Shown: in pieces, positions 25,781 through 39,511 of the stretch | Layout of the letters: the number at the start of each line of letters is the position of its first letter | Numbering within the stretch: the first letter of the stretch is position 1 | Origin: Pristiophorus japonicus | Lineage: Eukaryota | DNA: 64,000 bases | Assembly: GCF_044704955.1 (NCBI RefSeq) | Contig: NC_091999.1 | Location: 35,092,001-35,156,000, forward strand | Direction: 5' to 3' | The notes under the pieces: generated by a model | Told to the model about the DNA's origin: nothing | Databases searched by the model: none | What the model saw: only the letters and a program-made list of their open reading frames with translations | Position numbers and translations under genes: made by a program

Positions 25781-26444
25781 TTTAAGCATAAACCTCCAGA
25801 ATCACATTAGTGATGTTGCTGTACATGCTGACGAGAAGGAGTATTTCCCCATTCTTTCCGTTATATCATCTTTCCTTTATTCTAATAAAATTTAGTGAAA
25901 TGTACCAAAAAACAATTGTTGCGAGTCTGTTGAGAGATTTGCATTTCTATCTATCTTTATTTCTATGGTGTGTTGGTGGGGAAACATTATTGTGTCTCTG
26001 TCGCTCAATACTCTAATCTGGGACATCTATTTCTGTGATTATTTACATAAAGGCCTGAATGGTTCCTATGAATTTTTCATGGCAGCAAAATCATGACAAC
26101 AGAGTCACTTATTGATTAGTCTCAACTCACAACAAGGGCATATTTTAAGAATATTGACTGTGGGTACACAGAAGTAGCAATATGTCGAACAGTGACGTTG
26201 GCTTCAGTTTTGTTTAATTAGAACAGATGTGATTTATATCAAAGGAAATAAATATTAAAATGAATAATTCAGTTCTGAAAGTTCTGCTGCTGAAATCAGT
26301 GGAACATCTCTGAACACGCTGCTATTCCACTGGATCTCCATTTTGTGGAAGATTAAACGCATTGAAACTAAGCAATTTCAACCGGTGACCATCAGTAATA
26401 TCTGAGCGTTTCACGTATCGCAACTTCTATTTAAGAATGTTGAC

Positions 26445-26890
26445 ATTTAGAAAAGCTAGCATTTATATAGCCCCCTTCGTGACCTCATGATGTCCCAAAT
26501 GCTTTACAGCCAATGAATTACTTTGGAAGTGTTGTATTGTTGGAAATGTGGCAACCATTCTGTGCACAGCAAGATCCCATACACAGCAATGAATAATGAT
26601 CAGATGATCTGTTTTTCAGATGTTCTTTGAGGGACAAATGTTTTCCGTGGAAACCCTGGAGAACTCCTCAGCTGTTTAAGATAGTGAAATGAATCCTTTA
26701 AATCCACCTGAATGGGAAGATGGGGCATCAGCTTAATGTTTGCACCAAAAGACGGCAGCTCTGACCGTGCAGCACACCCTCAGTACTGGCATCGGTCATA
26801 CGGCACATATTATGGCCTCAGGTCTCTGGAGTGGGGTTTAGTATCTGTGAACTTCTGAGTCAGAGGCGAGAGTGATCCCACTGAGCCGAG
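26445..26890 (-). mobile_element. Deu-type SINE (unit A copy)
   Basis: A box GGCTCAGTGG on the minus strand with a decayed B box; paralogous to 10715-11172. Confidence 0.72.
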
Positions 26891-27261
26891 GCTTGAACAT
26901 ATCACAGCTTGTATTTTAAAATGTTGCCATTCAGTTCATCCTGCCTGAAGTTCAGGGCCTGAGCACAGTCTTACTCCGATCAGTTTATTATCATGCGTGA
27001 GGTCTCTTATCTTGTCCGGGATGTCATTTCCACACTGAGGTTTCCACTGGGTCTATATAAAAGTGCCAGCGATTCCACAAGGAACATCTGGAAGTGCCCG
27101 AGGCAGAAGGACTCACGGAACTTGAGTTTTACACTGTGTGAGCTGCAACATCAGAGCAGCTGAAAGCTAGGATTGTTCTCCTTAGAGCCGCGTAGGTTAT
27201 GGGCCACTTATTCGAGGTGCTCAAGAATATGAAGAGTTTTGATCGGGTAAAATGGGAGATA

Positions 27262-27570
27262 CTCCATCACTCCCTCCCACTATCCTTCCCTCACACCACC
27301 CGTCTCTCCTTCCCTCCCACCCATCATCCCTCTCTCCCTCCATCCCTCCCACCCTCCACCCATCTCTCCTTTCCTCCCTCCCTTCATCAATCCGTCCCAC
27401 CATCCCTGCCACCCTCCTTCCATTTCCAGTCCACCATACCTCCATTGTTCCCCACATCAATCTCTCCCTCCCCGCACCCATCGCTCCCACCGTCCAACCA
27501 TCCCTCCACCCCTCCATCACACCACCCCGCCCATGCTCCACTCCTCCCTACCTCCATCCCTCCCTCAGCT
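27262..27570. repeat. C/T-rich low-complexity tract (CCCT/CCAT); paralogs at 37340-37555 and 54045-54270
   Basis: Seen directly in the sequence. Confidence 0.9.
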
Positions 27571-27989
27571 CAGCCGATTCTTATTTTCCCTTTGCAGTGT
27601 TTCTGCTTCCAACGATGAGGATTCCTGAGCTGGAATGTTCTGCACCCAATTCCTCCACCGGGCTTTCATATATATTAATAAATAAGAGAGAGAGCGACAG
27701 CAAATGGATATATTTAACTGATGAGAAATAAAATGGTGACCTTTCCAGAAAGGGAGTTGGCTGGAGAAATGGCACTAGGTAGAAATTCGAGTTGGGGCAG
27801 TCGGGATAATTTTCCTTTATATAAATAAAAGAAAATATGGGTAACATCTTTAAAAATTGTTTTAAGTCATCGTCGAATTTCACTTCTCGTTTTCCCTCCC
27901 CATTCTCGCTGTTGAGGATGGGTCAGTGCCCGCCTGGAGCTTGTTGCCATTGTGTGTATGGTATGGTAGCTCGCAAGCTCTCGCTACAC

Positions 27990-30250
27990 GGACAGACTTG
28001 GAGAAGCAGGGGCTGTTCTCCATACAGCAGAGAAGGGTGAGGGGAGATTCAGTAGATTGGTACCTGCATGAGGGACTTCAGTTAAAGTGGAGACTGGAGA
28101 AGATGGGATTGCTCTCCTTGGAGGGGGCAAGATTGAGGGCATATGTAATAGAATGGTACCAGGGATGAGGGACTTCAGTTAATGTGGTGAGAGAGGAGAA
28201 GATGGGATTCCCCATTTAAAGGATGAAAGTCTAAGAGAAGATTTGATGGACGGTTTTGAAATCATCAATGGATTAGGCAGAGTATATAAACAGAAACTGT
28301 TTCAGAGGGATGGCGATTGACAAAGGAACAAGAAGTTATATGTCGACGAAATTCTCTACCCAACCACGAATTAGGATTTAGAATGTACTGCATGATAGGG
28401 TGGTAGATACAGATTCAATAGTAGCCTTCAAAAGGAAATTGTGTAAATATTTGAAGGAGAAAATATGCAGTGATATAGGGAAGGAGCTTGGGATTGACAT
28501 TAACTGGATTATTCTTTGAAAGAGCTGCCACAGACTATATCGGCTGAATGGCCACCGTCTGTGCTGTACTAATCTATGAGTGACCATAACATGGTTGAAT
28601 TTCACATTCAATTAGTGGAGGGTGGGGTGGGGGGAGCTGGTGGGTGAGAGTTGGTTCACAAACCAGCGTCCTAAGTTTAAATGAAGGATACTATGAGGGC
28701 AGAGTGGACTGGGAAAATAGATAAAGGGATGGGACAGATGATGAGCAGAGGCAGATATTTAAGGAGATATTTCATAACTCGAAACAAAAATATATCCCAA
28801 TGAGAAGGCAACACTGCATGAGATAGGGATAACCATCCGTGGCTAACTAAGGAAATAAGGGAAGGTATCAAATTTAAGACTAGTGGGAGGTCAGAGGATT
28901 GGGAAACTTTTAAAAGCTAGCAAAGAAATAATAAATGATAAAGAGAGGGAAGATATATTATGAAAGTAAACTAGCATGAAATATACAAACAGATAGTAAG
29001 GGTTTCTACAGGTGCATAAAAAGGAAAAGTTTGGCTAAAGTAAATATTGGTCACCGAGACAATGAGACTGGGCAATTAATTACGGAGACCAAGGAAATGG
29101 CAAAGTCGTTGAAGAAATATGTTGTATTTGTCTTCACGGTATAATACATTAAAAACATTCCAATAGTGGAACATCAATGGCTATAGGGAGGGAGGAAGTT
29201 ATTACAATCATGATCACTAATGAAGTAGTACTTGGTAAAATAATGGAACTCAAGACGGACAAGTCCCCTGGAGCTGACGGATTACATCTTCGGGTCCTAA
29301 AAGTAGTGACTGCAGAGATAGTGGATGCTTTGGCTGTAATCTACCAAAATGTCCTGGATTCTGGGGCGGGCCCAGCAGATTGGAAAATTGCAAATATAAC
29401 GTCACAATATAAAAATGAAGGCAGACAAAAAGCAAGAAACTATATGAGACGAACGTCAGCCATTGGGAAAAAAGTTGGAGTCCATTCAGGAAGCAGTAGC
29501 GGGACATTTGGAAAAGCATCATTCAATCAAGCAGAGTCAGCATGGTTTAATGAAAGGGAAATCATGTTTGACAAATTTGCTGGAGTTCTTTGAAGATGTA
29601 ACGAGCAGAGTGGATAAGGGGGGACCAATGGATGTGGTGTATTTGTATTTCCAGAATGCATTCGATAAGGTGCCATATAAAAGGTTATTGCACAAGATAA
29701 AAGTTCAGGGAGTTGTGGTTAATATACTCGCATGGATAGCGTATTGGCTAACTAGCTGATCGGTTAATCGGGATATTTGGGTCATTTTCTGGTTGGCAAA
29801 CAGTGACTAGTGGGGTGCCGCAGGGATCGGTACTTGGTCCTCAACTATTAACAATCTATAGTAATGACTAGGATGAAGCCACTGAGTGTAATGTTGCCAA
29901 GTTTGCTGATGATACAAAGATGGGTGAGAAAGCAAATTGTGACGTCGACACAAAAATCTGCAAAGGGATTTAGACAGGCTAAGTGAGTGGGCAGAACTGT
30001 AGAGGATATTGTACGAGAGTACTGCGTAAGGTTTTGGTCTCCATATTTAACGAACGATATAATTACATTGGAGGCTGTCCAGAGAAGGTTTACTATGATG
30101 AGTCCGGAGATGAGGAGGCTGACTTATGAAGATAGGTTGAGTAGGTTGAGCCGGTACACATTGGAGTTCAGAAGAATGAGAAGTGATTTTACTGAAACAT
30201 AGGATAACGAGGGGACTCAACAAGGTGAATCCAGAGAGGATATTTCTTAT
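27990..30250 (+). mobile_element. Cluster of old CR1 fragments, including ORF2 with an internal deletion near 29995
   Basis: ORFs at 29177, 29463 and 29987 are RT pieces. Confidence 0.88.
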
Positions 30251-30444
30251 TTTTTATGTACTTATATTTTTATATTTATATTGCACTGGGCACAGTAGCT
30301 GTTTATATTACACTAGACCTTGTCTTTATAATACACTAGACCCTGACTCTGTGTGTATTACACTGGGCCCTGCCTCTGTTTATATTACACTAGACCCAGT
30401 CTCCCTTCATGTTGCACTAGGTCGTGTATCATTGCACTTCACAA

Positions 30445-31860
30445 GAAGTCCCAGCAGATTGGAAAACTGCAAATGTAAAGCGCCTATTTAAAAACGGAGG
30501 AAGCCGGAAAGCAGGAAACTATAGACCAGGTAGCCTAAAATCTGTGTTTGGCAAATTGTTAAATAAGCTTTAGCAGGATATTTGGAAAAGCATAATTCGG
30601 TCAGGCAGAGTCAGCATAAATTTATGAAGAGGAAGTCATGTTTGCAAAAATTGCTGGAAATCTTTGAGGATGTAACGAACAGGGTGGATAAAGGGGAACC
30701 AGTGAATGTGGTGTATTTCGACTTCCAGAAGGCATTTGACATGGTGCCACATAAAAGGTTACTTCACAAGATAAACCTTCACGGGGTTGGGTTTATATAT
30801 TAGTATTGATAGAGGATTGTCTAATTAAAAGAAAACAGAGATTCGGGCTAAATTGTTCATTCTCGGTTTGGCAATCAGTAAATGGTGGCGTGCCGCAGGG
30901 ATCAGTGCTGGGGTCCCAGCTATTTACAATCTATACTAACGAATTGAATGAAGGGGGGGGGCGTTGACAGATGTGAGGAAAAGCAATATGTAAGGAGGAC
31001 ACAAAATATCTGCAAAAGGACATAGACAGGCCATGTGAGTGGAAAAAACTTTGACAGATGGAGTATAATGTAAGAAAGTGTGAGATCATGCACTTTGGCA
31101 TTACAAATCAAAGAGCAACGTTTTAATTAAATGAAGAAATATTGCCAAGTGCTGCAGTACAGCGGGACCTGGGGGTACTTGTGCATGAAACACAAAAGGT
31201 TAATATGCAGGTAAAGGAAGTGATCAGGAAGGTAAATGGAATTTTGGCCTTTATTACAAAGGGGATGGAGTATAACAGCAGGTTGGTCTTGCTACAGTTG
31301 TACAAAGTATTGCTAAGGCCACACCTGGAAAAATGCGTACAGCTTTGTTTTCCACATTTACGAAAGATTATACTTGCTTTGTAGGCAGTCCAGAGAATGT
31401 TCACTAGGTTGAATGCGGAGATGAGGGGCTTAACTGACGAGGAATGGTTGAGGAGGTTCGGCATCTACTCATTGGAATTCAGAAGAATGAGTAGTGATCT
31501 TATCGAAAAGGTGGCGACAGAGAGGATCTTTCCACTGATAGGGTAGACTGGAACTCGGGGCATAATCTTAGAATAAGGGGCCGACCAGTTAACACTGAGA
31601 TGAGGAGGAACTTCTTTTCTCAGAGGGTTGTAAATCTGTGGAATTCATTGCTTCAGAGAGCTGTGGATTCCGAGAAATTGAATAATTTTAAGACAGAGAT
31701 AGACAGTTTTTATGCGATAAGAGATTAATGGGTTACGGCGAGCACACAAGGAATTGGATCTGAATCCATGATCGGATCAGCCATGATCATATTGAATGGC
31801 GGAGCAGGCTCGAGGGGCCGTATGGCCGACTCCTGCTTCTATTTCTTATATGCTTATGGT
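30445..31860 (+). mobile_element. Older 5'-truncated CR1 with tail
   Basis: YFDFQKAFDMVPHKRLL; tail after ggccgtatggcc. Confidence 0.9.
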
Positions 31861-32562
31861 TTTCTAATGTTACAATGTCTGTTTGTGTTGGCCTAGGCTC
31901 AGTGTGTCTCAATTCGCTCCGGTCTCAGATAGTTTTGGGATAAACTCGCACGCCAAGGAATGTATCTCTATTTATTGTAGAACAGACCCTGTCTTCGTTA
32001 TTTGTGCACTTGACCATGCGTCTGTTAGATAGACAGAAGATATATAGACGGTGGATAGATATTAATAAAAATAAAGATATTTATGTGTGTGGGTGGGAGG
32101 ATGCAATACTTTTTTGGTTAGAACATAGGTTTCGTTTCACGAATAGGTAACAAGAGTTGTGGGCAATGTCAAATTGATCTGGTATTGTGTCTGTAATATT
32201 TGTGTGAGCGGATGGGGTGAACATTGTAACAATCTCCCAGAGATGGACTGGGATTGAGGGACAGGACTGAAGGGGAGCAATTCACTGCACTTTGCACTAC
32301 TTAGTGGCACTCGGTGTGTTAAAGATTACTAATTCACACTTGTGTTGTCCTGTGCCAATTGCTCCCAGTTCTTTAATGTTAAGGATTGTTTTTCCTGCAG
32401 TATTTTCTATTGAGCTTTCACGTGACCCATTGATTGTGTCAGACCGAGCCTGGAACCGTGATCTCAGAGTACCGCCGGATGTGCGGCCGCAGGGTCCAAA
32501 CATCCACCGGAATATAAATCATCTGCTTAAGACGAACAACTGAAAAGAGCACACACACAGTG

Positions 32563-32828
32563 NNNNNNNNNNNNNNNNNNNNNNNNNNNNNNNNNNNNNN
32601 NNNNNNNNNNNNNNNNNNNNNNNNNNNNNNNNNNNNNNNNNNNNNNNNNNNNNNNNNNNNNNNNNNNNNNNNNNNNNNNNNNNNNNNNNNNNNNNNNNNN
32701 NNNNNNNNNNNNNNNNNNNNNNNNNNNNNNNNNNNNNNNNNNNNNNNNNNNNNNNNNNNNNNNNNNNNNNNNNNNNNNNNNNNNNNNNNNNNNNNNNNNN
32801 NNNNNNNNNNNNNNNNNNNNNNNNNNNN
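32563..32828. other. Assembly gap, at the position of the (TG)n tract in the other units
   Basis: N run whose flanks align to the flanks of the TG repeats in units A and C. Confidence 0.98.
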
Positions 32829-33309
32829 CATAAGGTGTGCAAGTGCATTCCACAAAGGTAAACTATTAGCTCCAACCATTATTTTTCAGCATTTTATTTT
32901 ATTCAACAGCTAATTGCAGGTCGTTTAATACCTTTAACATTTATTGATAACACATTGTCTTGCTTGCTCTTCTTTAGAAAGCGATGTCACACTGACCATT
33001 CTGTTATCAAGTTGACCATGTATGTCCGCAGTATTCAGTGGGAAAGTGGATTAAATCACACCGAGAATAATGAGCATCCAGCCACCAGTCTCAGCGCTTT
33101 ATTGTCCAGTGATCACCTCACCATCACACAGAATCCGCTGATATACACGTCAAGTGTATGATTATTGGTGCAAGTGATGGTAAGCATGAAACTTCACCTG
33201 TACCTGGCATGAGGTTAATAAATCTGTAACTATCGGACTTATTGTCTCTCTCATTACGCCAGACCCCTTCGCAGTTTTTACTGCAGTAGACTCAGACTCA
33301 GTTTTTTTG

Positions 33310-34452
33310 GTTGATGTGATGGACTTCCAAAAGGCATTTGATAAAGTGCTTTGATAATATCCTTGCCAGCAAAGTTGAAACCCATAGAATATAAGGGACA
33401 GTGGCATCATGGATATGAAATTGGCTGAGTGACAGGAGTCAGAGAGCTGTGGGGTTTTTTTGGACTGGAGGGAGGTATACAGTGGTGTTTCGCAGCGGCT
33501 GGTTCTAGGAACATTGCTTTTCTTGATTTATATTCATGACCTGGATTCGGGTGTACTGGGCACAAGTTCAACATTTTCAAACGATTCAAAGCTTGGAAGT
33601 TTAGTGAACAGTGAGGAGAGGAGGATAGTGATGACTTCAAGAGGACAGCGACATGCTGGTGGAATAGACGGACACGTGGCAAATGAAACGCAGAAAAGTG
33701 TGAAGTTATACATTTTGGTAGGAAGAACGAAGAGAGGAACATTACTTGAAGGGTACAATACTAAAAGCTGTGATGAACGTAGGGACCTGGGGCTATATAT
33801 GCAAAAATCTTTGAAGGTGGCAGGGCAGGTTGAGAAAGTGTTTTAAAAAGCATATGGGATCCTGGGCTTCATAAATAGAGGAATAGAATATATAAGCAAA
33901 GAATTTATGATGAACCTGTGTAAAACACGGTTTCGACCTCAACCTATTACTGTGTCCAATTCTGGGCACCGTACTTTAGGAAGGATGTGAACGCCTTAGA
34001 GCGGGTGCAGAAAATATTTACTTGTGGTTCCAGGGATAAGGTACTGCAGTTATGTGGATAGACTGGAGAAGCTGGGGTTGTTCTCCTTAGAGCACAGAAT
34101 TTTGAGATGAGACAAAATAGAGGTGTTCTGAATCATAAGGGGTCGAGACAGAGTAGCTGGAGAGAAACCGTTCCCATTGGCGGAAGGGTCGAGAACAGGA
34201 TACAGATTTATCACAATTGCAGAACAACCTAAATTTACATGTGGAAAAATTAGGATCTGGAATGCACTGCCTGAAAGAGTGGTGGAGACAGATTCAATCA
34301 TGGCATGGAATTGGATAAGTTCCTGAAGGAAGAACAATCACAGGGTTACCGGAAAGGGCAGGGGAGTGGACTAGCTGAAATACTCTTGCAGAGGGCGGCA
34401 TGCTCTATACGGGCCGAATGACTCTCTTCTGTGCCATAATTCTATAATTCTA
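33310..34452 (+). mobile_element. Old CR1 fragment (paralog of 23395-24260 and 50150-51315)
   Basis: ORF 33460..33846 is RT-like. Confidence 0.85.
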
Positions 34453-35359
34453 TACACCAGGGACTGTCTCAGGTATTACTATGCGAGACCCTCTTCAAGT
34501 TTATATTACCCCAGCCACAACGTTAAAAATTCACTCGCTCCACCACCGGCGCACCATGTCTGCAGTGATTACTATCCACAAGGTGCATTGCAGCAACTCG
34601 CCAAGACATCTTCGACAGCACTTTCCAAACCTACGACCTCTTTCACCTAGAAGAACAAAGGCCGCAGGCTCCTGGGAACACAATCACCTCCAAGTTGGCC
34701 TCCAAATCACACACCATCTTGACTTGGAAATTTATTACCATTGCTTAATAATCGCTGGGTCAAATTCGTGGAACCCGCTCTCTAACACTGTGGGAGTGCC
34801 TTCACCACACGGTCTACAGCGGGTCAAAGGGGCAGCTCACAACCTGCTTCTCAAGACCTATTATGGATAGGCAATTAATGTTGGCCTTGATTGCACTGTC
34901 TGAATGATTGCTGAGACAGATTCAATCATGGCATGGAATTGGATATGTTCCTGAAGAAAGAACAATCGCAGGGCTACGTGAAAGGGCAGTCGAGTGGACC
35001 AGCTGAAATACTCTTGCAGAGAGCGGCATGCTCTATATGGGCCGAATGACTCTCACCCCCGCATGACAGGAATGAACAAATCAATGTCCCTGTATCAGCA
35101 ATTACTGCACTACGCCCTACCTCAGTTATTACAGTAATAGAACTATTAATATTGTATTAGGCCCTGTCTCATATATTACTGGAATAGGCAATGCCTTTGA
35201 TTCTATTACACAAGTCCCCGTCTCTGTTAATATTAAACTAGACACGGACGCTGTATATATTACTCTAGACCCATCATTTCACTTTACTAAAATAGACAAT
35301 GTCTCTGCTTCTGTTAAATTTGACCCTGTCATCGTTATTAATGCACTAAGCACTGTAAC

Positions 35360-35660
35360 TCACAGGTCAGGTACAGCATGTGCCAGATACAGAGAAAACC
35401 GACCTCTACACTGTCACATCGAACATTCCCAGGACAGGTACAGTACGGGTTAGATACAGAAAAATGGACTCTATACACAGTCCCATTAAATACTTACAAG
35501 GTAGGTACCGTACAGGTTACATACAGTGTAAAGCTCCCGCGACTCTGTCCCATCAAACACTCCCAGGGCAGCTGCAGCACGAGTCAGATCCAGAGTAAAG
35601 CGAGCTCTACACTGTCCCATCAAACACTGGGGCAGGAAGAGCACAGTTTAAATACTCCCA
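35360..35660 (+). repeat. ~67-bp tandem repeat (unit B)
   Basis: Same consensus as 9445-9870. Confidence 0.8.
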
Positions 35661-36524
35661 GGTAGTTTAATGCACAGGTCACATCTTGGTTTAAAGCTCC
35701 CTCTACGCATTCCAATCAAGTTGATTCGAGGCGTAACATTAGGGTTCAAGGAAAACTTTTGTTAGATTTTAATATCTAGTTGTGGGAGATGGCCAATTAT
35801 CCATTCTTGAGAGACAATAGGAAAAGTAGGAATAGGAGAGGGAGAGGATACAGGGAATCTCCACTTACACATTTGTGATGTTACTATAGGCGGTGAATAG
35901 GATCTTTCCCCATTCTGTCCATGGGTATCATCTTTACTTTATTCTCCTATAATTTAGAGAAATGCCCCCCCAAAAAATTTCTACTGGAATCCGTTAAGAA
36001 ATTTGCATTTATTTCTCTGTTTATTTCTATGCTGTGTTGGTGGGGAAACATTTAAATTGTTTCTGTCACTCAATACTCTAATCTGGGATTTCTATTGCTG
36101 TGTTTATTTACATAACCGACTCACTGGGTCCCATGAAATGTTCATGGCTGTAAAATCAGATTAACAGAGTTATTTATTGATTCGTCTCCTCTCACAACAA
36201 GTGTTTATTTTAAAAATATTGAAAGTTGGTACAACATTAATAGAAAATTCTCCCAACAGTGAGGTTTGCTTCAGTTTTGTTCAATTAGAACAGATGTCAT
36301 TCATACCAAAGGAATATATAGTAAAATGAATAATTCAGTTCTGACAGCTCTACTGCCAAAATTAATGGAACATCTCTGAAAAGGCTGCTATTCCACTGGA
36401 TCTCCATTTAGTGGAAGATTTAAACCATTGAAAATAAACAAGTAAAATGGGTGACCAGAGGAGTGTCCTACAATCACATTAATATCTGGGCTTTTCACAT
36501 ATCGCAACTTGCATTTACAAATGT

Positions 36525-36986
36525 TGACATTTAGAAACACCTTGCATTTATATAGTGACTTTCTTGACCTCATGATGTCCCAAATTGTTTTACAGCCAAT
36601 GAATTACTTTGGAAGTGTGCTCACTGTTGTAATGTAGGAAACGCGGCAGCCAATGTGTGTGCAGCAAGCTCCAACAAAGAGCATGAAATATTGATCAGAT
36701 AATTTGTTTTTCAGATGTTGGTTGAAGTGTAAATATTTGCACTGGAAACCCTGGAGAACTCATGTGCTCTTCAGTATAGTGCCATGAATCCTTTAAATCC
36801 AACTGAGCAGAAAGTTGAATCCTCAACTTATTGTCTGCCCCGAAAGACGTTATCTCTGACAGTGCAGCACTCCCTCAGTACTGGCGCCGGGCGTGTCGGC
36901 ATAGATTATTGGCTCAGGTTTCTGGAGTGTGGATTAATATCTGTGACCTTCTGATTCGCAGGCCAGAGTGAACCCACTGAGCCGAG
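36525..36986 (-). mobile_element. Deu-type SINE (unit B copy)
   Basis: A box plus body containing ctgacagtgcagcactccctcagtactgg. Confidence 0.72.
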
Positions 36987-39511
36987 CCTTGAACATCTAA
37001 CAGCGTGTACTTTAAAATGTTCACATTCAGCTCATCGTGTCTGAAGTTCAGGGCCTGAGTCCAGTCTTATAGCGATCTATTTAGTTTCAGGGGCGAATTC
37101 TCTTATTTTGCCTGGGATGTCATTCTCACACTGGGATTTCCACTGGGTCGATATAAAAGTGACACCGACTCCGCAAGGAACATCTGGATGTGCCTTAGGT
37201 AGAAGGACTCACGGAACTTGAGCTGCACCATCAAAGCAACTGGAAGCTAGGATTGTTCTCCTTAGAGACGAGCACGTTATGGGCCACTTAATAGAGGTGT
37301 TCCAAATCATGAAGAGTTTCGATGGGGTAAATTGGGAGATACTCCATCACTTCCCCCATCATCCCTCTCGCCATCCACCCGTCTCTCCTTCCTTCCCTCC
37401 CTTCATTCTTACCTCCGTACATACCTCCATCCCTACCTCTACCAAGCGCTCCCTTCCTGCAACCATCCCTCCCTCCCTCCGCCCATCCCTCCACCGTTCC
37501 ATCACTTCATCCCTCCCTTGCTCCACTCCACCCTCCACTCTTTCCTCCCTCAGTCCAAACGATTATTATTGTTCCCTTTGCAGAGTTTCTGCTTCCATCG
37601 ATGACGATTCCCCAGCTGGAATTTTCTGCACACAATTCCTTCAGCGGGTTTTCATATGTATTAACAAATAAGAGACAGAGCGATGGCAAATATATATATT
37701 GAAGCCCCCACCCGAAAAAAACAGACAAGAAAAAAAATGCTTACCTTTCAGGAGAGGTAGTTGGCTGGGGAACTGTCACTGGGTCGAAGTTCTGGCTGCG
37801 GCAGTCACGATATATTTCCTTTTTTAAATAAAAAAAATAAGTTAACAATTTTTTAAAAATTACAAGACATCGTCGGCTTTCAGCTGCTCTTTTTTCCTCC
37901 GCCATTTCGCTGTTGAGGACTGGCCAGCGCCAGCCTGGAGCTCGCTGCATTGTGTGTACGGGATGGTAGGACGCAAGCTATCACTACGTGGCCAGACTTG
38001 GAGAAGCTGGGGTTGTTCTCCTTACAGCAGAGAAGGTTGAGGGGAGATTTACCAGATTGGTACCAGGGATGAATGACTGGAAACCCTAGTTCAGCCCCAG
38101 CTAGAGTATTGTGTCTAAATTTGGGCACCATACTTTTGGTAGGACGTGAAGAATTCCGAGAGGATCTAGAAGAGATTTACTGGAAATGTATCAGGGATGG
38201 AGGATTGAAATTATATGGAGAGACTAGAGAAACTGGAGCTGTTGTCCTTAGACCAGAAAAGGTTAAGAGGAGAGGAGATTTAGTAAATGATAAGCACATA
38301 AGAACATAATAAAAAGGAGCTGGAGTCGGCCATACAGCCCCTCGAGCCTTTTGCGCCACTCAATACAATCATGGCTGATCTGACCATGGACTGATCTCCA
38401 CTTCCCCGTCCGCTCCCCATAAACCCTTATCCCCTTATCGTTTAAGAAAAGATCAAATATGTCTTAAATTTATTTAATATCCCACTTCCACAGCTCTCTG
38501 CGGCAGCGAATTCCACAAACTTACAACTCTCTGAGAGAAGAAATTTCTCCTCATATCTGTTTTAAATGGGTGCCCCCATTCTAAGATCGTGCCCTCTAGT
38601 TCTAGTCTGCCCCATCAGTGGAAACATCCTCTCTGCATCCACTTTGTCAAGCCTCTTCATAATCGTATACGTTTCGATAAGATCACCTCTCATTCTTCTC
38701 AATTCCAATGAGTAGAGACCCAACCTACTCAACCTTTCCTCATAAGTCAAACCCCTCATCCCCAGAATCAACCTCGTGAAACTTCTCTGAACTGCCTGCA
38801 AAGCAAGTAAATCCTTCTGTAAATACGGAAACAAAAACTGCACGCAGTATTCCAAATGTGGCCTCAGCAATATCTTATATAGGTGTAGCATAACTTCCCT
38901 GCTTTTATACTCCATCTCCTTTGCAATGAAGACCAAAATTCCATTGGCCTTCCTGATCACTTGCTATACCTGCATACTATCCTTTTGTGTTTCATGCACA
39001 AGTAACCCCAGGTCCCGCTGTACTGCGGCACATTGCAATCTATCTCCATTTAAATAATAATGCTGTTTATTTTCTTTCGGCCAAAGTGCATGACCTCTCA
39101 TTTTACAACATCATACTCCATCTGGCAATTGTTTTCTCACTTACTTAGCCTGTCTATGTCTTTTTGCAGATTTCTTGTATCCTCCTCACACACTACTTTT
39201 CCTTCCATCTTTTTATCGCCAGCAAGCTTGGCTACGTTACACTCAGTCCCTTATTCCAAGTAGTAAATGTAGATTGTAATTAGTTGAGGTCGCAGCACTG
39301 ATCCCTGCGGCATGCCACTAGTTACTGGTTGCCAACTAGAGAATGGACCATTTGTCCCGACTCTCTGTTCTTTGTTCCAATCCTCTATCCATGGTAATAT
39401 ATTACCCCTAGCCCCGTGATCTTTTATCATGTGCAGTAACCTTTTATGTGGCACTTTGTCAAATGCTTTATGGAAGTCCAAAGAACCCTATCCAATGGTT
39501 CCCCTTTATCC

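Larger units (their letters stand above)
22170..27983 (-). pseudogene. Unit A copy of the unidentified multi-exon gene, 3' half: exon x 27891-27983, a 27741-27814, b 27590-27662, c 26975-27097, d ~25807-25882, e deleted, terminal f 22170-22271
   Basis: x = RELASYHTIHTMATSSRRALTHPQQREWGGK; a = ENYPDCPNSNFYLVPFLQPTPFLE; b = PVEELGAEHSSSGILIVGSRNTAK; c carries a stop and has donor GTAAGA; f = ...PVDIRTLRPPIRRCSEVTVPGSV* after a ttctcttttcag acceptor. Stops, frameshifts and several mutated splice sites are present. Confidence 0.72.
32439..37983 (-). pseudogene. Unit B copy of the unidentified gene: exon x ~37893-37983, a 37745-37818, b 37576-37648, c 37071-37193, d 35871-35946, e 35701-35805, terminal f 32439-32539
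   Basis: Exon a has an AG acceptor and GTAAGC donor (EIYRDCRSQNFDPVTVPQPTTSPE); d = ENKVKMIPMDRMGKDPIHRL**HHK; e = WIIGHLPQLDIKI*QKFSLNPNVTPRINLIGMRR; f = VRLKQMIYIPVDVWTLRPHIRRYSEITVPGSV*. Confidence 0.75.

Noticed and set aside
26820-26890. tRNA-like A/B box sequence
   Set aside because: It is the head of a SINE with a decayed B box and no complete cloverleaf.
27199-27731. Pro/Ser-rich ORFs (also 37279-37671 and 54037-54381) and a plus-strand exon reading after tttgcag at 27597
   Set aside because: The ORFs arise from the CT tract. The plus frame has a stop in unit A and no partner exons, whereas the minus reading chains with its neighbours.
32297-32503. Minus-strand ORF with an Ig-V-like end (KTILNIKELGAIGTGQHKCEL)
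   Set aside because: It lacks the first Cys and core Trp, is not maintained in unit A, and mostly lies 3' of the terminal exon's stop in a different frame.
32556-32562. CACAGTG heptamer (also 49620-49626) suggesting a V(D)J recombination signal
   Set aside because: No nonamer at 12- or 23-bp spacing in unit C, the motif is absent in unit A, and there are no V or J segments nearby.
32978-33179. Plus-strand AG...GTAAGC exon-like segment
   Set aside because: No frame is open through the segment in the units I translated (B and C); the similarity is explained by the duplication.
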